Part shown: positions 60,604 to 64,000 of the stretch, piece by piece
Layout of the letters: each line of letters begins with the position of its first letter
Position numbering within the stretch: the first letter of the stretch is position 1
From: Parcubacteria group bacterium GW2011_GWA2_51_10
GTDB lineage: Bacteria > Patescibacteriota > Minisyncoccia > Phycocordibacterales > UBA2100
Direction: 5' to 3'
Length of the DNA stretch: 64,000 nt
Assembly (NCBI GenBank): GCA_001004265.1
Contig: LCQS01000005.1
Coordinates: forward strand, 5,371 to 69,370
The notes under the pieces: model-generated
Told to the model about the DNA's origin: nothing
Seen by the model: the letters and a program-made list of their open reading frames with translations, nothing else
The model's database searches: none
Made by a program: the position numbers and the translations under genes

Positions 60604-61332
60604 CTAGCGTAACAGATTTTCATTAATATATCTAAAAGTATCATCGTCATCTTTGATAGCATGAGTCGGAATCACGCCAATGACGCGTTCGTCGTTGCCG
60701 CCCGGGAAAAGCGCATCGCCAATATAGATGCAATCTTGTTTCTGCCACCCCATTAAATTTAGAAAACGCTTGATGTTGTAGCCCTTGTGCTTGCCCTCAA
60801 GAATAAAATCGATGCTCGTTGTGCCCGCCGGAATTGCCTCAATGCCCACGGTGCGCAGCCGATCAAGTTCCGCCGAATGCCGTTTTAGAAGTCCAAAGCG
60901 TTTTGAAAAATCAGGATCGTATGCGTATTTCTTTCCTAAATCAGCATTGAAACCGATGGTGCTGTAGTTGATTTGACTGCCGCGATTTTCGAATAAATCA
61001 TTTTCATCATCGACCTCCAATTGCAGGTCCTTCTTAAATACCTCTACAACGTCGCGGACAGCATCTTCCTGCGCCTTGCTAATTTGCTCATTCCAAAGAA
61101 CCTTTCCTTCCTTATCTTGCGCGTAGTTTCCTTGCTGGCTTAGCTTGTAATACAGCTTCGGAGAAATAGTTGGAATTTGTTTTGCTATGCGCTCCGTTTG
61201 TTGGCCCGTGACAACAATGACGTCGCGCTCGCGGCACAGTTTTTCAAACAGCGGAACATACTCCGCTTTCATCGGTGCGCGGCTCGGAGTCAGTGTCTTG
61301 TCGAGATCGAAGAAAACGTGCTTCGGCATCAA
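60604..61332 (-). CDS. HAD-IIB family hydrolase
   Basis: HVFFDLDKTLT (motif I) and YIGDALFPGGNDERV (motif IV). It is a paralogue of 44773..45543. Confidence 0.75.
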   Translation of the reverse strand: MMPKHVFFDLDKTLTPSRAPMKAEYVPLFEKLCRERDVIVVTGQQTERIAKQIPTISPKLYYKLSQQGNYAQDKEGKVLWNEQISKAQEDAVRDVVEVFKKDLQLEVDDENDLFENRGSQINYSTIGFNADLGKKYAYDPDFSKRFGLLKRHSAELDRLRTVGIEAIPAGTTSIDFILEGKHKGYNIKRFLNLMGWQKQDCIYIGDALFPGGNDERVIGVIPTHAIKDDDDTFRYINENLLR

Positions 61333-61338
61333 GGTTAG

Positions 61339-61545
61339 TTAGTGCACAGTTTCATCCGGACCTGTTGGATCTTCATCGGGTGCCTTGTCGAGATGTGCGA
61401 TATCAGACACAGATTCATCTTCGTCGGCGGCTGCACCGAGTATTTCGCGCGCTTGCTCCTCATTGATCTCCTCCTTTTTTGTCTGCGACATACTGTCGGG
61501 CATTCGCGGACGAAGCGGATTCTGGAATTTGTCGAGGTTTTCCAT
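61339..61545 (-). CDS. hypothetical small acidic protein (68 aa)
   Basis: MENLDKFQNPLRPRMPDSMSQTKKEEINEEQAREILGAAADEDESVSDIAHLDKAPDEDPTGPDETVH. The longer 131-aa version overlaps the upstream gene. Confidence 0.4.
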   Translation of the reverse strand: MENLDKFQNPLRPRMPDSMSQTKKEEINEEQAREILGAAADEDESVSDIAHLDKAPDEDPTGPDETVH

Positions 61546-61607
61546 ATGTGCATTGTTAATTCGTAATACGATCAGTGTAGCGCCCCAATGATTATGCGCA
61601 ATACTTT

Positions 61608-62186
61608 TCAAACATTTCTTTCCCAATAATTTGCAGACGTCACGACGTAGTCGGCAACACGGCGCTCGGCTGCGGCAGCGAATTGCATTACAATTTCCCG
61701 CCGCTCCTCTTCTCTTGAGCCAGCTTCGAGCCATTTCACGAGAATGTCGATTTGCTCTGGACGAGAAAGCGTAAGGCGGCGGCCCTTGGCGGCGGCGCGC
61801 AGGAGCGTTGGGCCGCCGATGTCCGTCTTTTCAATTATTTCATCGGGCGACTCTTTTTTCTGAACAGCTTCTTCGAGCGGGTACAGAGTTACATACACAA
61901 GATCGATTCGGGGGATACCGAGTTTTTCCAATTCCTCAAAGTCTTCCTCTGTTGAGGCAAGAAGCCCCGCATATAATTCGCGCGAAAGCGTCACGACGCG
62001 ATGACCCAATATCGGTGAGCCCACGATTTCTCCCACGTCGCGACACTCGATCATTTTTTCCTTGAGATACACGCTCGTGCCGGCGGAGGCGAGTAGATTC
62101 CATTTATGATCGGCAAGCAATCGCGCGAGCCGTAAGAGCGGTTCGTCTTTTTTGTACGAAGAGAGAAGAGCAGTGTGTGTTCTCAT
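61608..62186 (-). CDS. stand-alone MGS-like domain related to the IMP cyclohydrolase half of PurH (divergent)
   Basis: It aligns to the PurH N-domain as recalled: ALLSSYKK / LLASAGTS / IDLVYVTLYPL / KTDIGGPTLLRAAAKG. However, the KTLHPKVHGG region reads VTLSRELYAG. No AICAR transformylase domain is present. Confidence 0.6.
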   Translation of the reverse strand: MRTHTALLSSYKKDEPLLRLARLLADHKWNLLASAGTSVYLKEKMIECRDVGEIVGSPILGHRVVTLSRELYAGLLASTEEDFEELEKLGIPRIDLVYVTLYPLEEAVQKKESPDEIIEKTDIGGPTLLRAAAKGRRLTLSRPEQIDILVKWLEAGSREEERREIVMQFAAAAERRVADYVVTSANYWERNV

Positions 62187-62189
62187 TCT

Positions 62190-63059
62190 CTATCTAATAC
62201 TTTGAATAAAATCCCGAAACTCATCTCCAATGTCGGGGTGTTTGAGGCCGAAATCAACGACTGCTTTCAAGTAGTCGAGCTTGTTGCCGGTATCGTAGTA
62301 TTTCCCGTTTTTGATCTCAACGGCATAGACGTCTTGTTCCGCGGCGAGAGTCGAAAGAGCATCTGCGAGCCACAGCTCGCCGCCTCGCCCGAGCGGTGTT
62401 TCAGCGAGTATCTCAAAGAGTCGTGGCGTCATGATGTATGCGCCATGCGTCGCAAGATCAGAGGGCGCTTCGCCATCCCTTGGTTTCTCCACGATGCGTT
62501 TAATTTTATATACGCCGGACTCAACGGGAGAAACGTCGGCAATTCCATACTTACTCGTCGATTCGGGCGGAACTCGCACCGCTGAAATATTCGGGACGCC
62601 ATGTTTTTCCCATGCGTCCATCATTTGCCGCAGACGTGGCGGTTTTGCGTGAATGAACTCGTCGCCCCACAGGATGGCAAAGGGCTCGTTGCCGATAACA
62701 CTTCGTGCGTTCAATATCGGCGTGCCGTTTCCGTACGGGCCTTTCTGCCTAATGTAAACAAAATTCGCCAACTCGGCGATTTTTTTCACCTCTTCCGCTT
62801 TTTCTGTTTTGCCCGCTTCGATGAGACGTTGCGCAAGCTCGTATGGATAGTCAAAATGATCCTCGATGCTCCGCTTGTTCCAACCGGTAACGATAATTAT
62901 TTCTTCAATTCCGGATTGAACTGCTTCTTCCACTACGTACTGGATGATCGGCTTATCAACGATGGGGAGCATTTCTTTGGGCATTGCCTTCGTTGCCGGC
63001 AGAAATCTTGTACCAAATCCTGCCGCAGGGATAATTGCCTTTCGGATCCTCTGTGTCAT
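62190..63059 (-). CDS. galU: UTP--glucose-1-phosphate uridylyltransferase
   Basis: RKAIIPAAGFGTRFLPATKAMPKEMLPIVDKPIIQYVVEEA and GPYGNGTP. Confidence 0.9.
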   Translation of the reverse strand: MTQRIRKAIIPAAGFGTRFLPATKAMPKEMLPIVDKPIIQYVVEEAVQSGIEEIIIVTGWNKRSIEDHFDYPYELAQRLIEAGKTEKAEEVKKIAELANFVYIRQKGPYGNGTPILNARSVIGNEPFAILWGDEFIHAKPPRLRQMMDAWEKHGVPNISAVRVPPESTSKYGIADVSPVESGVYKIKRIVEKPRDGEAPSDLATHGAYIMTPRLFEILAETPLGRGGELWLADALSTLAAEQDVYAVEIKNGKYYDTGNKLDYLKAVVDFGLKHPDIGDEFRDFIQSIR

Positions 63060-63086
63060 TGCAGGAATACTAGCAAGATTGGGGGA

Positions 63087-63144
63087 CTGTGCCCAGCCGT
63101 AATGTGCCAACTTTTGATTGGCACATTACGGCTAGGTGTGCACA
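63087..63144 (+). repeat. hairpin repeat family C, copy 2 (perfect 16-bp apical inverted repeat)
   Basis: cTGTGCCCAGCCGTAatgtgccaa-cttttga-ttggcacatTACGgCTaGGTGTGCAca. It lies between the divergent galU and DUF378 genes. Confidence 0.55.
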
Positions 63145-63230
63145 ATCAATTTGCCCTCCTGCGAGAGAGGCGCATACTTTAGGTGGCATTACAAATGGTC
63201 GAAATTAATAGACTAATTTTTAAAATCACT

Positions 63231-63452
63231 ATGAAAGGATTACACATGGTTACGTTCACGCTCCTCGTTATTGGAGGCTTGAACTGGGGTCTCTCGGCTC
63301 TTGGTTGGAACGTTGTTGAGATGCTGTTGGGTAACTGGCCGGCCGTTGTATCGATCGTATACATCTTGGTCGGTCTCTCCGCCATCTATGAGGTTGTTAC
63401 GCACAAGAGCAATTGCCGCATGTGCGGCTCTTCTGCGGCCTCGACGATGTAA
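63231..63452 (+). CDS. DUF378 family membrane protein
   Basis: LLVIGGLNWGLSALGWNVVEMLLG....VVSIVYILVGLSAIY matches the DUF378 pattern as I recall it. Confidence 0.7.
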   Translation: MKGLHMVTFTLLVIGGLNWGLSALGWNVVEMLLGNWPAVVSIVYILVGLSAIYEVVTHKSNCRMCGSSAASTM

Positions 63453-63481
63453 TACTTGCTAGGCAGAAGCCAAAACAAAAG

Positions 63482-63504
63482 ACTCCGCATGTGCGGAGTT
63501 TTTT
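63482..63504 (+). terminator. intrinsic terminator
   Basis: actccgca-tg-tgcggagt followed by TTTTTG. Confidence 0.75.
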
Positions 63505-63567
63505 GTAAACGACAAAAAAGAAAGCCGCCCGAGAGCGCCGAGAATATCTCGGGGGCTCTTCGGGCGG

Positions 63568-63936
63568 CTATGCCTCACGCGCTGTCTCCCGACATAGCGT
63601 GGCCCGCATCGCGAGCGAGCACATTTCGTCTTCGGCAGCATGTAGCGCCTCGCGCGGCACCGAAACGATCTCGCCGAACTGTCCGTCCACAAGCTGCGCA
63701 GCAGAGATCGTGAGGTTGGGCATGACAATCTTCCCGTCCTCGAACTTCGCTCGCCTGGTGTCTGCGATGTGTTCGCCGAGACGATCGCGATAAACGATAT
63801 TCGCTTTCAGTTCGAAGACCGTGCCGTTGAAAATCGCGAATGCGACGTCCTCGGTTTCTGCGAACGACGACCCATCGGAGAAATGCTTCGTTACGAATTC
63901 ATCACCCGGTTTGGCGATGGTTTTCGGGACTTTCAT
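63568..63936 (-). CDS. hypothetical protein (122 aa)
   Basis: A strong SD (GGGAGGGAG) lies 4 nt upstream of the ATG at 63936. A hairpin agccgcccgagagc...gctcttcgggcggct lies downstream. No family recognised. Confidence 0.5.
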   Translation of the reverse strand: MKVPKTIAKPGDEFVTKHFSDGSSFAETEDVAFAIFNGTVFELKANIVYRDRLGEHIADTRRAKFEDGKIVMPNLTISAAQLVDGQFGEIVSVPREALHAAEDEMCSLAMRATLCRETAREA

Positions 63937-64000
63937 TACTCCCTCCCACGTTGAAGAAAAGATCGGAAACGACGAAGGCCCCTTGTGGGGGCCTTCGGTT

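Overview
This 64-kb window looks like a gene-dense stretch of a small-genome, CPR/Patescibacteria-like bacterium. That placement is an inference from gene content and style, and there is no rRNA here to confirm it. I called about 65 protein genes, almost all housekeeping.

Main gene groups:
- Cell envelope: a MurF-like Mur ligase, ddl, murJ, an O-antigen-ligase-like protein with TPR repeats, and galU.
- Chaperones and proteases: groES, groEL, htpX, a LemA protein, and secG.
- dTMP/folate block: dcd, thyA, glyA and folA, plus a class II RNR (nrdJ).
- Purine block: purL, purQ, purE, purM, purC and purB, plus a stand-alone PurH-N-like domain.
- DNA repair: nth and a MutY-like glycosylase.
- Others: rnj, hisS, lepA and metK.

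RNA genes are RNase P RNA (rnpB) and four tRNAs: Ser-GGA, Gly-CCC, Arg-CCU and Phe-GAA. I saw no CRISPR array, rRNA, transposase or integrase.

The unusual content is non-coding or selfish DNA:
1. A 485-bp AT-rich cassette sits in-frame inside the GTPase domain of lepA. It encodes a GxxExxY-type PD-(D/E)XK nuclease fold and is bounded by inverted arrays of an ACGCAGA heptamer.
2. A roughly 98-nt three-way-junction element occurs three times, each copy starting 5-13 nt after a stop codon. Compensatory base changes occur in all three helices.
3. At least three further hairpin-repeat families sit at cistron junctions. One of them is nested in helix P3 of rnpB.

Two conserved enzymes, nrdJ and purQ, are each broken at a point where about 40 codons, including catalytic motifs, appear to be missing. 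These are either pseudogenes or collapsed assembly gaps.
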